Below are positions 1 through 9,804 of a DNA stretch of 64,000 nt, one piece after another. Within the stretch, counting starts at the first letter, position 1. Each line of letters begins with the position of its first letter. The notes below the pieces were generated by a model. It saw only the letters and a list, made by a program, of their open reading frames with translations. It was not told the DNA's origin and searched no databases. A program made the translations under genes and the position numbers. Source of the stretch: Bacteroidaceae bacterium. Its GTDB lineage: Bacteria > Bacteroidota > Bacteroidia > Bacteroidales > Bacteroidaceae. The stretch is taken from the NCBI GenBank assembly GCA_017445925.1, contig JAFSRW010000049.1:6384-70383 (forward strand), given 5' to 3'.

Positions 1-133
1 GCCAATTGTTACGTGAGGGCGGACTTTTTGTCCTTGAACACGGAAAGAAACAGGATTTCTCGCAGCATCCACGCATCGTGGATCATCGTGCCTACGGAAG
101 CGTAAACTTCTCTTTCTTTAAGTAAACGGGGGG

Positions 134-3100
134 TTAGAATCTTCCACCGCCGCCACCACCGACGACGACGACGCGACCACCGCCTCCACCGAAGCCGCCA
201 CGTCCGCCTCCCCAGCCACCGCCGCCGTTAAAGCCAGCCTGACGAGCCTCCTTGTTACCCAACAGGTTCAGGCGGTAGATAAAGTGTACCATTACGTAGC
301 TGTTAATGGCATTGGTCCATGTGTTGGTACGCATGGTGGCATTGATGTTACGGCTGATGTTGCTGCGCTCTTTCAGGATATCATACCACTGTACGCTGAT
401 GGTGGCTGCTCTTCCCTTCAGGAAACTCTGGCTAAGCTGAGCATTCCATATCAGTTCATTGGTGTTCATGTTGGCATCTTCATAACCACGACGGCATTGC
501 TCGCCGATATCTGTACTCAGAGCCATTCCCCAGGGGAAGTTCAGGATAATGTTTCCTCCGTAGTTAAATGTCCATGTGTCCAGATTGGCATTACTCTGGA
601 TAGAGTTTCTGTCGTGACGGTAAGCACCGCTACCGTTTACACCAATTTCGTAGCTTCCGGTGGCACCTATCTCACCACGAACATTAAAACGGAGCGTTTC
701 GCGTACATTCAGCGTCTTGGTAGTAGACTTCTTCAGCAGATCGTTATCATACGCATAGCTGAACAGTCCGTTCATATCTACTCCGCCGTCGGGAGCGCTG
801 GTCAGGAACTTACGGGCAGTATCGTCGATGTCGCTGCTGATATATCCTACATTGTGGTTGTAGTCAATATTAGTATTGGTGGAGAAGTTCCACATCTTCT
901 TTTTGTCAATGGCTGTGTTGAACATCAACCATGTACCAATGTTCCAGTCGCCGTCAATGTTCATGGGTCGGGTGTAGCGGGCACCAGTCTGCTCATCATA
1001 AATGGTGCTGGATTCTATGGTTCTTCGGCTGATGTTACCATTCAGGTTGGCTGACCATCCACGCTGTGCCTCTGTGTTGTACCCGTTATAGAAGAGGTTG
1101 AAGTTATCGGTCCACGAGCTCTTCAAACCAGCATTACCCGTAGTGATGTTCAAGGGGTCGCTGCTGTCCACCGTTTCTATCAGGTCGGTCATCGAAGGCT
1201 GGCTCATACGACCGTTGTAGCGCAGACGCAACTGACTGCTGTTGCTGATTTTCCAACGAATATCAATACGTGGAGCCCAGTTCTGGGTTGTTCTTACAAT
1301 AGTGGTATCGATATAGCCTTTCTGGTAGTCCATGTGGGTGTTCTGGGGCTGATAGCTGACACCCGCATTGAAGCGCAGCTCCTGTTCATTCTCGAATTTA
1401 GCCGTGTAGCGGTACATCAGGTTGGCATTGTGGTTCCACTCTTTATATGTTGCATACTGGCTGTTAACCTTGTCCAGAACCAGATGGTCCAGGTCTATGC
1501 CGTATTCGCCCAGGTCATGAATGATTCCGTCTATTTCTACCTGACCGGTATATAGGTTGTAGGCAGTTATTCTGCCAAGCTCAGCATGATTATCGAGTGC
1601 TGCCTGAATTTCTTCCGAAAGCGTGGGTTGTGACAGCATAGTGCGATCGCGGTCCTGGAATCGGCGCTGTATCTGGTAGCTTACCTGCAGGTTACCTCCT
1701 GTCAGCAAGGGCTCGCTGTAGCTCAGTCTTCCCTGATACCTATAGGTGGTAGAGGGAGCAAAGGTGTTCTGGTATGTAGCCGTCAAAGGCTGACGAGCTG
1801 ATTCTTGGAAATACCTCACCATAGAGCGGCTGTATGAGTTGCTCTCGCTGGTCTGATATTCTCCACCAATGTTCAGCGTGATGTTACGTCCTGGCTTAAA
1901 CAACTGGCGGTTCACTTGCAGTTCGGCATCCACGCTGGTGTTCTTGGAATCTCCAAAGTTGTAGCGTTCGTTATGGTTTACTACAATGTCAGATTTCCCT
2001 GTTTCCTTATCTATCAGTTCCTCGTATTGTTCCAATGGGTTCACCAGACCTGCCTTGTAGGGACTGCTGTTAAATGTCACACTCTCGCTGTTCCCGAAGT
2101 TGTCGCTTTTCGAATAGGAGAAGTTGGGACGGAACAGGATGTTCGTCAGCGAGTCCGGCATCCACTCGAAGCGGAAGTTGGCATTCACGTTGTAGTTGTT
2201 GTTCTCGTTGTGATTCTTGTTGTTGTTGAAGGTACTCTTTGATTCAGAAAGGAAGGTCTCGCTGTTGGATTGCGAATCAGATATGCTGTTACGCTGCGAA
2301 TAGCGCACATTACCACCCAGCTTGATAAGACCAGCCGAATAGTCTGGCTTTCCGTTCTCCCAAGCAAAGTTTATACCTGCCATTGTGCTGGTGGTGATGC
2401 CTCCGCCACCCCCCCAGCCGCCCCAGCCGCGACCGCCGCCAGGGAATCCAGCATCGTTAATGTTGTTACGGCTGTAAATGACAGAGAACTGCGAATGGTC
2501 CAGAAAGCGGTTCACATTCAGTCTTATTGAATAAAGGTCGCTGGGAAGGGCTGTATAGGTGGGGTTAAAGCCTTCTTCTGCAATACTTTCATCCGTTGGT
2601 GTTCCGTAGGAAAGGTCCACATTAGTAACCCATCCTTCTTTCATACCTTTCTGTACGGTAAGGTCCAGCACGGTCTCTTCTTCTCCGTCGTCAATACCAG
2701 TAATTCGGCTGTAGTCGCTCTTGCGTTCGTAGGCCTTCAGTTTCTTAATCATCTTGCTGGGAAGGTTCTTCATAGCCATCTTGGTATCGTTCTGGAAGAA
2801 CTCCTTGCCCTCCATCATAATCTTGGTGATGCTCTTACCGTTGATCTTTATGTTTCCTTCATCGTCCACCTCGGCACCGGGCAGTTTCTTCACCAGCTCC
2901 TCTAAGGCAGACCCCTCAGGCAGTCGGAAAGCATCGGCGTTATAAACAAAGGTGTCCTCCTTCATTTCCACCTGTGCCAGTCTGGCTACTACCTCAGTCT
3001 CCTTCAGCATCTTGCTGTCTTCCTGCAGGGTGAAGGTTCCTACGTTAATGTCTTTGTTGGCTTTGTTCAGGGTCAGATTCTTGTATTGTGTCAGATAGCC

Positions 3101-3346
3101 CACGTATGAAATACGCATAATGTAGCTTCCTGCCTTCACAGCCGGAAGGGTAAACTTTCCGTCTTCTTTCGAGAGGGCTCCTGAAGCCTGCGTGCTATCT
3201 TTGGGTTGAAGCAACACGATGGTTGCGCCAGGCATTGTCTCGTTGGTTGAGCCGTCCATAATCAATCCGCTAACTGTTATCTTCTGACCCATCACCATCA
3301 ATGGGAAAATTATGGTCACCAACAAATATAATAAGGTACGTTTCAT
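134..3346 (-). CDS. outer-membrane beta-barrel protein with N-terminal carboxypeptidase-regulatory-like domain (TonB-dependent-receptor-like family)
   Basis: 1070-aa ORF. Signal peptide MKRTLLYLLVTIIFPLMVMG. CarbopepD_reg-like motif ITVSGLIMDGSTNETMPGATIVLL. Long strand-rich body ending in an aromatic residue (..GGRF). Gly-rich internal tract (GGGRGWGGWGGGGG) and Gly-rich C-terminal tract. Confidence 0.75.
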   Translation of the reverse strand: MKRTLLYLLVTIIFPLMVMGQKITVSGLIMDGSTNETMPGATIVLLQPKDSTQASGALSKEDGKFTLPAVKAGSYIMRISYVGYLTQYKNLTLNKANKDINVGTFTLQEDSKMLKETEVVARLAQVEMKEDTFVYNADAFRLPEGSALEELVKKLPGAEVDDEGNIKINGKSITKIMMEGKEFFQNDTKMAMKNLPSKMIKKLKAYERKSDYSRITGIDDGEEETVLDLTVQKGMKEGWVTNVDLSYGTPTDESIAEEGFNPTYTALPSDLYSIRLNVNRFLDHSQFSVIYSRNNINDAGFPGGGRGWGGWGGGGGITTSTMAGINFAWENGKPDYSAGLIKLGGNVRYSQRNSISDSQSNSETFLSESKSTFNNNKNHNENNNYNVNANFRFEWMPDSLTNILFRPNFSYSKSDNFGNSESVTFNSSPYKAGLVNPLEQYEELIDKETGKSDIVVNHNERYNFGDSKNTSVDAELQVNRQLFKPGRNITLNIGGEYQTSESNSYSRSMVRYFQESARQPLTATYQNTFAPSTTYRYQGRLSYSEPLLTGGNLQVSYQIQRRFQDRDRTMLSQPTLSEEIQAALDNHAELGRITAYNLYTGQVEIDGIIHDLGEYGIDLDHLVLDKVNSQYATYKEWNHNANLMYRYTAKFENEQELRFNAGVSYQPQNTHMDYQKGYIDTTIVRTTQNWAPRIDIRWKISNSSQLRLRYNGRMSQPSMTDLIETVDSSDPLNITTGNAGLKSSWTDNFNLFYNGYNTEAQRGWSANLNGNISRRTIESSTIYDEQTGARYTRPMNIDGDWNIGTWLMFNTAIDKKKMWNFSTNTNIDYNHNVGYISSDIDDTARKFLTSAPDGGVDMNGLFSYAYDNDLLKKSTTKTLNVRETLRFNVRGEIGATGSYEIGVNGSGAYRHDRNSIQSNANLDTWTFNYGGNIILNFPWGMALSTDIGEQCRRGYEDANMNTNELIWNAQLSQSFLKGRAATISVQWYDILKERSNISRNINATMRTNTWTNAINSYVMVHFIYRLNLLGNKEARQAGFNGGGGWGGGRGGFGGGGGRVVVVGGGGGGRF

Positions 3347-3494
3347 TAATGAAAAATCAAAATTTATAAATTCAAAATATGGCTACATTCGTTATTTCGA
3401 CACTTTTGCGGCCACAACACTTTTAAGACCACCTCCGTCACCTATGGTTTAATTAATCGGCGGCAAAGTTAGCATTTTTTTTACTTTTTTGACA

Positions 3495-3529
3495 CAATGT
3501 TCAATGTTCAATGTTCAATGTTCAATGTT
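3495..3529. repeat. (CAATGTT)5 heptanucleotide array (family A, TTGAACA on minus strand)
   Basis: Five perfect tandem 7-nt units read directly. Lies in the divergent region between the OMP gene and aroB. Confidence 0.95.
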
Positions 3530-3534
3530 TTTTG

Positions 3535-3542
3535 TAATTTTG
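3535..3542 (+). promoter_or_regulatory. Bacteroidota -7 promoter box TAatTTTG upstream of aroB
   Basis: Matches the TAnnTTTG consensus, 24 nt upstream of the ATG at 3566. Confidence 0.45.
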
Positions 3543-3565
3543 CCCCCAAATTACAAAAAACAAAG

Positions 3566-4624
3566 ATGAAGCAAGACGTTGTTATTAGCCAAAACCTGCA
3601 GGCAGATTTGCAGCAAGCCATTAGTCGCTGTCCGCACGATAAACTTTTTGTCCTTACCGATACCACCACGCTGCGCCTCTGCTGGCCCGTGATAAAGGAT
3701 TTTCCTTATCTGAAAGAAGTGCAGATGATAACCATTGGTGCTACCGATGAGAATAAGACTCTGCAGACGCTCGCTTCCGTTTGGGAAGCCTTGCAGCAGG
3801 GAGGTGCTACGCGTCACAGCCTGCTCATCTGCTTGGGAGGCGGAATGGTAACAGACCTTGGGGGATTTGCTGCCAGCACCTTCAAGCGAGGCATTCAGTA
3901 CATCAATATTCCCACTACCTTATTAAGTATGGTAGACGCCAGCGTGGGAGGCAAGACGGGCATTAACTTTGGCGGCTTGAAGAACGAGATTGGTGTCTTC
4001 AACTGCGCCAGCACCGTTATACTCTGTGCCGAGTTCCTTCGCACCTTGGACGATTACAACATCCGTTCCGGCTATGCCGAGATGCTTAAGCACGGCATCA
4101 TCAGCAATACGGAGAATTGGGCAGAGCTTATCACCTTCGACTTGGATAACATCGACTATGCCCACCTTCAGCAGATGGTTGCCAAGAGTGTTGCCATCAA
4201 GGAACGCATTGTAGAGGAAGACCCTACGGAGAAGGGCATCCGTAAGGCCTTGAACTTAGGCCATACAGCTGGTCACGCCTTAGAGAGTTTGGCTTTAGCC
4301 GAGAACCGCACCGTTCTGCACGGATATGCGGTTGCCTGGGGCTTGGTTTGCGAGTTGTACCTGAGTGCCAAGCGTCTCAATTTCCCAAAGGACAAACTCA
4401 GCCAGACCCTTCAGTTCATAAAGGAAACTTACGGGGTGTTTACCTTCAACTGCAAGCAGTACGACCGCCTGTATCAGTTTATGCAACACGACAAGAAGAA
4501 CCAGTCGGGCGTCATCAACTTCACTCTTATGGCGGATATTGGCGACATCCGCATCAACCAAACCGCTACGCAGGAAGAAATCCAGGACATGTTGGATTTC
4601 TATCGCGAAAGTATGGGTTGTTAA
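3566..4624 (+). CDS. aroB: 3-dehydroquinate synthase
   Basis: Motifs LGGGMVTDLGGFAASTFKRGI, VGGKTGINF and LNLGHTAGHALE. The track ORF starts at 3497 inside the heptamer array. ATG at 3566 (MKQDVV..) lies downstream of the -7 box and is preferred. Confidence 0.9.
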   Translation: MKQDVVISQNLQADLQQAISRCPHDKLFVLTDTTTLRLCWPVIKDFPYLKEVQMITIGATDENKTLQTLASVWEALQQGGATRHSLLICLGGGMVTDLGGFAASTFKRGIQYINIPTTLLSMVDASVGGKTGINFGGLKNEIGVFNCASTVILCAEFLRTLDDYNIRSGYAEMLKHGIISNTENWAELITFDLDNIDYAHLQQMVAKSVAIKERIVEEDPTEKGIRKALNLGHTAGHALESLALAENRTVLHGYAVAWGLVCELYLSAKRLNFPKDKLSQTLQFIKETYGVFTFNCKQYDRLYQFMQHDKKNQSGVINFTLMADIGDIRINQTATQEEIQDMLDFYRESMGC

Positions 4625-4686
4625 CAAATCATAAAAATCCGCACCTTAAACATAACATACCATTTCTTTGTGCGTTGTAAGAGCAG

Positions 4687-5181
4687 ATGACACAGATAGA
4701 ATTTGAACATACGCTGCTTATGACTCGCACAAAGATGCTGCGTGTTGCCACAGACTTCTTCCGTAACGATGAGGATGCTGAGGATATAGTGCAGGAGGTC
4801 TACGAGCGTATGCTCCGCCGAGGATGGCAAGAGGGCGACGATCTGGAAGCCCTCCTTATCCGAGCTACCAAGAATCTGTGTGTGAGTGTGTGGCGACGCC
4901 AGAAGCTCCGAGCCACAGAACCATTGGCCTGTGTGCCTGAACCAGAAGAACGGCATTCTGCCGATGCCTCTCTCATAGAGCGTGAAACGAGCATAAAACT
5001 TGAAAGTGCTATCCGGCAATTACCTCCCTCAGAGCAAAGGCTCATCCGACTGAAAAGCGACGAACTGAGCATAGAGGAGATTTCACAGCAGACAGGCATT
5101 CCCAAACGTACCGCCAGCGCTATGCTCAGCACAGCAAAAAGGCGATTATTAAACATCTTAAAGACGAAAGCAAATGATTGA
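4687..5181 (+). CDS. ECF-type RNA polymerase sigma-70 family factor (cassette 1)
   Basis: Region 2-like DAEDIVQEVYERMLRR. Region 4 HTH LPPSEQRLIRLKSDELSIEEISQQTGIPKRTASAMLSTAKRRL. 164 aa. Confidence 0.8.
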   Translation: MTQIEFEHTLLMTRTKMLRVATDFFRNDEDAEDIVQEVYERMLRRGWQEGDDLEALLIRATKNLCVSVWRRQKLRATEPLACVPEPEERHSADASLIERETSIKLESAIRQLPPSEQRLIRLKSDELSIEEISQQTGIPKRTASAMLSTAKRRLLNILKTKAND

Positions 5182-5734
5182 CAAAGAACTGATACACCAA
5201 GCCGCAGAGGATATTGATATCTTTCAGGCCGACCTGACAGAGGAGTACGACCAGTTGATGGAAGCAAGAAAGAAGCCTCGTCGCCGCCTTCGCCTCTGGC
5301 CCCTTGCCGCAGCTGCTTGTGTGGCTGGCATCATCGCCATTTTCCTTGCTCCGCCCAGAACGTCAGAGGAACAACCGCCCCTCGCTTTGGAAGAGCCAAG
5401 AGTCGAGAGTCAAGAGCCAATAACCGAGAGTCAAGAGCCAAGGGTCGAGAGTCAAGAGCCAATAACCGAGAGTCAAGAGCCAAGAGTCGAGAGCCAAAAG
5501 ATAACTGTCACCTCTCGAAGGCCAAAAGCTAAAAGCCAACAGCCAACAGCCAACAGCCAAGAGCCGATAGAAGAGCCGATGCTGGCAGAGGCGGAGGTCG
5601 GGAGAGGGGCTCATCCTGAAATGGAGGACCCACTCCTTGCTGTGGCGGCTCAGATTCAAGACATTCGTTCGCGAGGGGAACGTTTAGGACGAGAGATAGC
5701 ACAATTAACGGATAATAAAATAAAATATCAATAA
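5174..5734 (+). CDS. single-pass membrane protein, putative anti-sigma factor (cassette 1)
   Basis: Overlaps the sigma gene by 8 nt. One TM segment LWPLAAAACVAGIIAIFLAPP. Low-complexity ESQEPRV/ESQEPIT linker. Conserved C-terminal helix MEDPLLAVAAQIQDIRSRGERL. The anti-sigma role is inferred from position only. Confidence 0.55.
   Translation: MIDKELIHQAAEDIDIFQADLTEEYDQLMEARKKPRRRLRLWPLAAAACVAGIIAIFLAPPRTSEEQPPLALEEPRVESQEPITESQEPRVESQEPITESQEPRVESQKITVTSRRPKAKSQQPTANSQEPIEEPMLAEAEVGRGAHPEMEDPLLAVAAQIQDIRSRGERLGREIAQLTDNKIKYQ
5393..5568 (+). repeat. coding period-7 DNA repeat (GAGCCAA/GAGTCGA/GAGTCAA, then AGCCAAC) encoding the ESQEPRV-type linker
   Basis: Tandem 7-nt units read directly (5393-5497 and 5534-5568). 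The 21-nt super-period gives 7-aa peptide repeats. Confidence 0.9.
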
Positions 5735-5735
5735 C

Positions 5736-6908
5736 ATGAAACGAATATTTGCAATCATTTTCTTGGCAGCATTTGCCGTTGTAGCGTTCTGCCAGGAACC
5801 CAATAAGCAACTTCGCCAATTGGAGAAATACCTGAACGAGCAGGGGTACGAGGTAAAACACAGTCAGAGTAACGCAGGAGGGAAAATCGCGCATGTTTGG
5901 ACTTCGTGGCAAAGCTTTGGCTATCTTACTCTTCCTGAGGGATGGTCAGTTGGTGAAGAAAGGTCGCGTGTCCAAAATGTTGGCGTTCATCGTGTAAAAC
6001 AGGAAAAGATGATAGAGATGCTTGATACCGCCAGACATGCTTTTTCCACATTGAGTAAGGAGGCTTCTGAGAGCTATTGCTATGAGTATCACAAGAAAGG
6101 AAAGGATACTATTAAATATGCTATGGCAACTTGTAATGATGTGGATACGCTTTCTTCTTTTTCGCACGAAGGGACAAAGTATTTCTTTAATGCACAGGAA
6201 ACGGCTAATTTTGATTACACAAGTAGGACATTTGAGAATGAAATCAAAGGCTTGGAAGACAGCGAGAACAAGAAAACCCACACACTCGATGCAAGCGGTT
6301 TCTACCAGCATTATTACTCAATACCCAGCGAGTTCGGTTGGGATGATATGCAGCCTTTTGATACCACAGCTTTTAAGGCACTTATTAAGCCTGTTCTTAA
6401 AAAAGTGTTGAAACTGAAGGGCGCAAAGTCCAGTTCCGTATATTGGCGACACGATGAGGGATGTACGGCAGATGGTCTTTGGCGTCAGTCTTTTGTAGTG
6501 CCATATGGTCTGACTACGGGTACAATGTATTATATTCCTGCGGAACATGCGGCAGAGGTCGATTTGCTATGTCGTGAGTTGGATTCGTTGGCATACCATT
6601 ATGTGAACAGTCATCCTGAGCAACCCTACGAATACACATATTACGACAGACCAATTCGTCAGCCCGAGGAAGGTAACCATGGTACGTTTTCATTTGATAT
6701 AGTTAATGGAGTTTCCTATAAAGGAGGTAACGAATACTACCTGATGTGCGGGTCTGATGCCAGTGGCTTCTACATCCTATCCCTTATAAGCAGAGGTGCG
6801 ATTTGGATTCCATACGATTGGCTAAGACTAAAGAGCTGGATCAACGGCGAAAAGGTTTACCTGAAAGGAAGGGAGCCGAAGGAAGATAAAAATGGTTTTA
6901 AAATTTAA
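5736..6908 (+). CDS. secreted protein of unknown function, cassette paralog P1
   Basis: Signal peptide MKRIFAIIFLAAFAVVAFCQ. Paralogous to 8342-9544 and 15955-17133 (shared QEPNKQLRQLEKYL, HPEQPYEY, GFYILSL..IWIP, KSWINGEKVYLKG). No family recognised. Confidence 0.75.
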   Translation: MKRIFAIIFLAAFAVVAFCQEPNKQLRQLEKYLNEQGYEVKHSQSNAGGKIAHVWTSWQSFGYLTLPEGWSVGEERSRVQNVGVHRVKQEKMIEMLDTARHAFSTLSKEASESYCYEYHKKGKDTIKYAMATCNDVDTLSSFSHEGTKYFFNAQETANFDYTSRTFENEIKGLEDSENKKTHTLDASGFYQHYYSIPSEFGWDDMQPFDTTAFKALIKPVLKKVLKLKGAKSSSVYWRHDEGCTADGLWRQSFVVPYGLTTGTMYYIPAEHAAEVDLLCRELDSLAYHYVNSHPEQPYEYTYYDRPIRQPEEGNHGTFSFDIVNGVSYKGGNEYYLMCGSDASGFYILSLISRGAIWIPYDWLRLKSWINGEKVYLKGREPKEDKNGFKI

Positions 6909-6940
6909 CAATAAAGTTAAAAATATTGGCGCCTAACAAG

Positions 6941-6970
6941 CTCCTGCGTTGCGAAACGTGGGAGTTTTTC
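6941..6970 (+). terminator. intrinsic terminator, copy 1 of a conserved element
   Basis: CTCCTGCGTT-GCGA-AACGTGGGAG forms a 10-bp stem (two G-U pairs) with a GNRA loop, followed by TTTTTC. Preceded by the conserved TGGCGCCTAA box. Confidence 0.65.
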
Positions 6971-7084
6971 TTTAGAGAAAAATCGATTTTGCGAGGGATA
7001 AAAGACGGGAAAATGAAAAAAAGTTGGGCTCCGTTGCAATAATTTTCCGTTTTCCGTGTATATATAGGTAGAGAACAGTAAAAA

Positions 7085-7624
7085 ATGGAGAAGGAAACAA
7101 ACACGTTGATTCAAGACTTGCAGCACCAGAAGCCCGCTGCCTGCCAGAAGCTACTTTCGGACTACGGTCCGGCTGTCTTCCGAATGGTGCAGCGCATCAT
7201 CACCCAGCGTGAGGATGCCGAGGAGGTTTATCAGGATGTGTTTGTTAAGGCACTACGGGGCATCCAGAACTATAACCCCAAGCAAGCGTCGCTCGGTACT
7301 TGGCTCAGCAGGATTGCTTATAACGAGTCGCTCAACTTCCTGCGCAGCCGAAAGCCTAACATTATATATATAGACGACCGCGAGCTGGGCTCCGATTCCT
7401 TTGAAGTTCCTGATGATGCACCACAAGACGAGCACACCATAGCACTTCTGGAGCAGGCCTTATCCTTACTGCCGCCTCATGAACAGGCCATTATAAGCAT
7501 GTTCTACTACGAAGAAAAGAGCCTTGCCGATATTGCCTATATCACAGGCTCCATTCCCTCTACCGTCGGCTCCCAGTTGAGTCGCATACGCAAGAAACTA
7601 TACAGAATCATTAAAACTCTCTGA
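7085..7624 (+). CDS. ECF-type RNA polymerase sigma-70 family factor (cassette 2)
   Basis: DAEEVYQDVFVKALRGIQNYNP..LGTWLSRIAYNESLNFLRSRK (regions 2.1-2.4). LPPHEQAIISMFYYEEKSLADIAYITGSIPSTVGSQLSRIRKKL (region 4). Confidence 0.85.
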   Translation: MEKETNTLIQDLQHQKPAACQKLLSDYGPAVFRMVQRIITQREDAEEVYQDVFVKALRGIQNYNPKQASLGTWLSRIAYNESLNFLRSRKPNIIYIDDRELGSDSFEVPDDAPQDEHTIALLEQALSLLPPHEQAIISMFYYEEKSLADIAYITGSIPSTVGSQLSRIRKKLYRIIKTL

Positions 7625-7627
7625 GCT

Positions 7628-8329
7628 ATGAACGATATTAAGAACGACATCAACCTTAAGGAAGCTGTCAGCAGGCGTGAGCAACAACTGCCACCCATGC
7701 CTGAAGGGTTGAATGAAAAGGTAATGGGAAGCCTCGAAGAGTACGATTGTCTTAAGAAGAAAACTCCCCTCCATAGAGGGAGGGGATGGAGGTGGGTCTT
7801 TTTAGCTGCCGCTTGTGTCGCAGGCTTCGTTGTCATCTTCTTGGCACCGCCAAAATCGGCAGAGAAGCAACCGCCCCTCGCTTTAGAAAAGCCAAGAGTT
7901 GAGAGTCAAGAGCCAATAGCAGACTCTCAATTCAGCACTCCCCTAAAGGGGCGACTGGGGTCTTTAGAGTTGCCACTGAATGTGGCTACGGCCCCACAAA
8001 GGGGAGCGAATCCCCATTCGCGACGGAGGGCAAGGATGGAGGGGGCCTCTCAACAGCCTGCTGTTGTAAAGCCTAAAAGGACTCCTAAGCGAAAGCGAGT
8101 CGTTCCCCAAGAACCTCAGGAAGAGCCTTTGCTGGCAGAAGCAGAAACCGTTGAAGAGTTTCCTACAGAAGCAGCTTATCAAGAGTTTCTTGATAAAATG
8201 AGGAAACCTTCTACTTCTTCTTATGCTACCCAAACACAGGAAATCCGTGAGCGAGGCGAGCAGGTGACACAATATGTGGCAATGCTTAATCAGCAAATTA
8301 AAACAGAACAACAATATGTAGAATACTAA
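7628..8329 (+). CDS. single-pass membrane protein, putative anti-sigma factor (cassette 2)
   Basis: Starts 3 nt after the sigma stop. TM segment WVFLAAACVAGFVVIFLAPP. EKQPPLALEKPRVESQEP is shared with cassette 1. Contains several GC-rich family B segments (PLHRGRGW, STPLKGRLG, PQRGANP). Confidence 0.55.
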   Translation: MNDIKNDINLKEAVSRREQQLPPMPEGLNEKVMGSLEEYDCLKKKTPLHRGRGWRWVFLAAACVAGFVVIFLAPPKSAEKQPPLALEKPRVESQEPIADSQFSTPLKGRLGSLELPLNVATAPQRGANPHSRRRARMEGASQQPAVVKPKRTPKRKRVVPQEPQEEPLLAEAETVEEFPTEAAYQEFLDKMRKPSTSSYATQTQEIRERGEQVTQYVAMLNQQIKTEQQYVEY

Positions 8330-8341
8330 ACAGAAGAAAAT

Positions 8342-9544
8342 ATGAAACGTTTTATCATTATATCGTTACTGACCGTCAATTTGATGAATGTGTCTGCCCA
8401 GAATGCAGGAATACTTGATGACATGTTCAGAAATCTGGAAGCCGTCATGCCTAATCAAGTCAGAAAAATTCGGGCGAATTATGGCAAGCATCAGACAGAA
8501 ACCATCGTGTACGCAAACGCGGGAACTAACGACTTTTGTTCCAAAAGAGCCTGCGGTTGGGAACATGATTACACAGATTCATTATGGAACGCTCTCTCTG
8601 CAGTTCCTGAGGTGGTGACTGGAATGTTGAATTATGAGAAAAAAGAACGTCTGCTGTATTGTGTCCATCACGCTCTCGATTCCATCTCAACCTTGCCCAG
8701 TACAGTAGAGAGTTATCATTTCGAGAAGCATCAGTTAGGCATAGATACTGTCCGCTATTCCATTTGCCTGAATCGAGGACCGGAACATCGTATAACGTAT
8801 GATAGCCTTCAGGATTGTCAGGTTTATAGCCGTGAACTCGGCCCAGAGACCATTACCTTCAATTACGAAACTCATCAAAAGTTTTGCGGCAAACATTTTG
8901 AGGGGTGGGGACATATCGAATATTCAAAGGTAGAGCCTCTGCCTGCATCCTTGGTGCCCGCAACCGCTAAGAAGTATGAACCTGTGTGCTTCGACTGGGA
9001 TCTATACCAGCAAAGCATCATGCCTATTCTTAGTCAGAAGGGAATCAGTCAGCGAAAGTTTAAATGGTCGCAAGATGAAGACTTTGCAAGGAAAGCACGA
9101 GGTTCAAATATAGATGATTATTCCATTATATACTATAATAAATTCGATGCGCTTGCAGTAGGCGAGACTAATGGCACTCTCTTCTTCATTCCTTCTGACC
9201 AAAAATCCTTTGCAGAACAGGTACTTAAGGATGTTGATGCCGCTACTCTGAAATATGTTCTCCTTCATCCCGAGCAGACGTATGAATATAAGTATAACAC
9301 TTTTTTCAACTCCCCAAACTATTGGCCTCGTTACGATCAGGAGATGATTAGGTCAACAACATTGAACAAGGATGGGATTCAGAACTTCGTTTACATTGGA
9401 GCAGATGAAAAGGGTTATTACTTCCTCCTCCTCAATACCAAAGGTAACTTGTTCTTCCCTAAGGAATTCTCTTCCCTTAAGTCTTTCGTTAACGGAGAAA
9501 AAACTTACTATAAAGGTATGGAGCCGAAGAAGGAAAAGAAATAA
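8342..9544 (+). CDS. secreted protein of unknown function, cassette paralog P2
   Basis: Signal peptide MKRFIIISLLTVNLMNVSAQ. Divergent paralog of P1/P3 (HPEQTYEYKYN, GYYFLLLNTKGNLFFP, KSFVNGEKTYYKGMEPKK). Confidence 0.75.
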   Translation: MKRFIIISLLTVNLMNVSAQNAGILDDMFRNLEAVMPNQVRKIRANYGKHQTETIVYANAGTNDFCSKRACGWEHDYTDSLWNALSAVPEVVTGMLNYEKKERLLYCVHHALDSISTLPSTVESYHFEKHQLGIDTVRYSICLNRGPEHRITYDSLQDCQVYSRELGPETITFNYETHQKFCGKHFEGWGHIEYSKVEPLPASLVPATAKKYEPVCFDWDLYQQSIMPILSQKGISQRKFKWSQDEDFARKARGSNIDDYSIIYYNKFDALAVGETNGTLFFIPSDQKSFAEQVLKDVDAATLKYVLLHPEQTYEYKYNTFFNSPNYWPRYDQEMIRSTTLNKDGIQNFVYIGADEKGYYFLLLNTKGNLFFPKEFSSLKSFVNGEKTYYKGMEPKKEKK

Positions 9545-9583
9545 AGGGTTTTAGATTCAATAATAAAGTTATTGGCGCCTATA

Positions 9584-9617
9584 AGCTCCTGCGTTGCGAA
9601 AACGTGGGAGCTTTTTT
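9584..9617 (+). terminator. intrinsic terminator, copy 2 of the conserved element
   Basis: AGCTCCTGCGTT-GCGAA-AACGTGGGAGCT followed by TTTTT. Preceded by TGGCGCCTAT. Confidence 0.65.
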
Positions 9618-9804
9618 ATGTTCGGCTTACTAAAAGGCAGGCGTTGCCGAAGGAAAAGTATTTTGTGCTCGGACAAAACTGTTTTTCTTCGGCAAAACAT
9701 TTTTTCTCACGCTGCGAGAATAAATTATCACACTGAAAGAATATATTTTCACACTGTGAGAAATTAATCTCTCAACGAGAGAAATTTATTTCCAAGGTTT
9801 TTTG

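Noticed and set aside
1-105. Frame 1 is open from the window edge to TAA at 103-105 (..RISRSIHASWIIVPTEA), possibly the 3' end of a plus-strand gene
   Set aside because: Only 34 codons, with no motif and no way to judge coding potential. Not reported as a feature.
284-1054. 256-aa plus-strand ORF inside the OMP gene
   Set aside because: It is antisense to a much longer ORF with clear domain signatures. The sequence is low complexity (V/G/A-rich) with no motif. A typical shadow ORF.
3497-3565. N-terminal extensions of track ORFs that begin inside arrays (aroB 3497, AI-2E 32698, lipoprotein 33409, hflX 34325, esterase 26174)
   Set aside because: The TCAA strand of the arrays is open in every frame, so it artificially lengthens ORFs. 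Downstream ATGs give proper signal peptides or conserved N-termini and lie downstream of -7 boxes.
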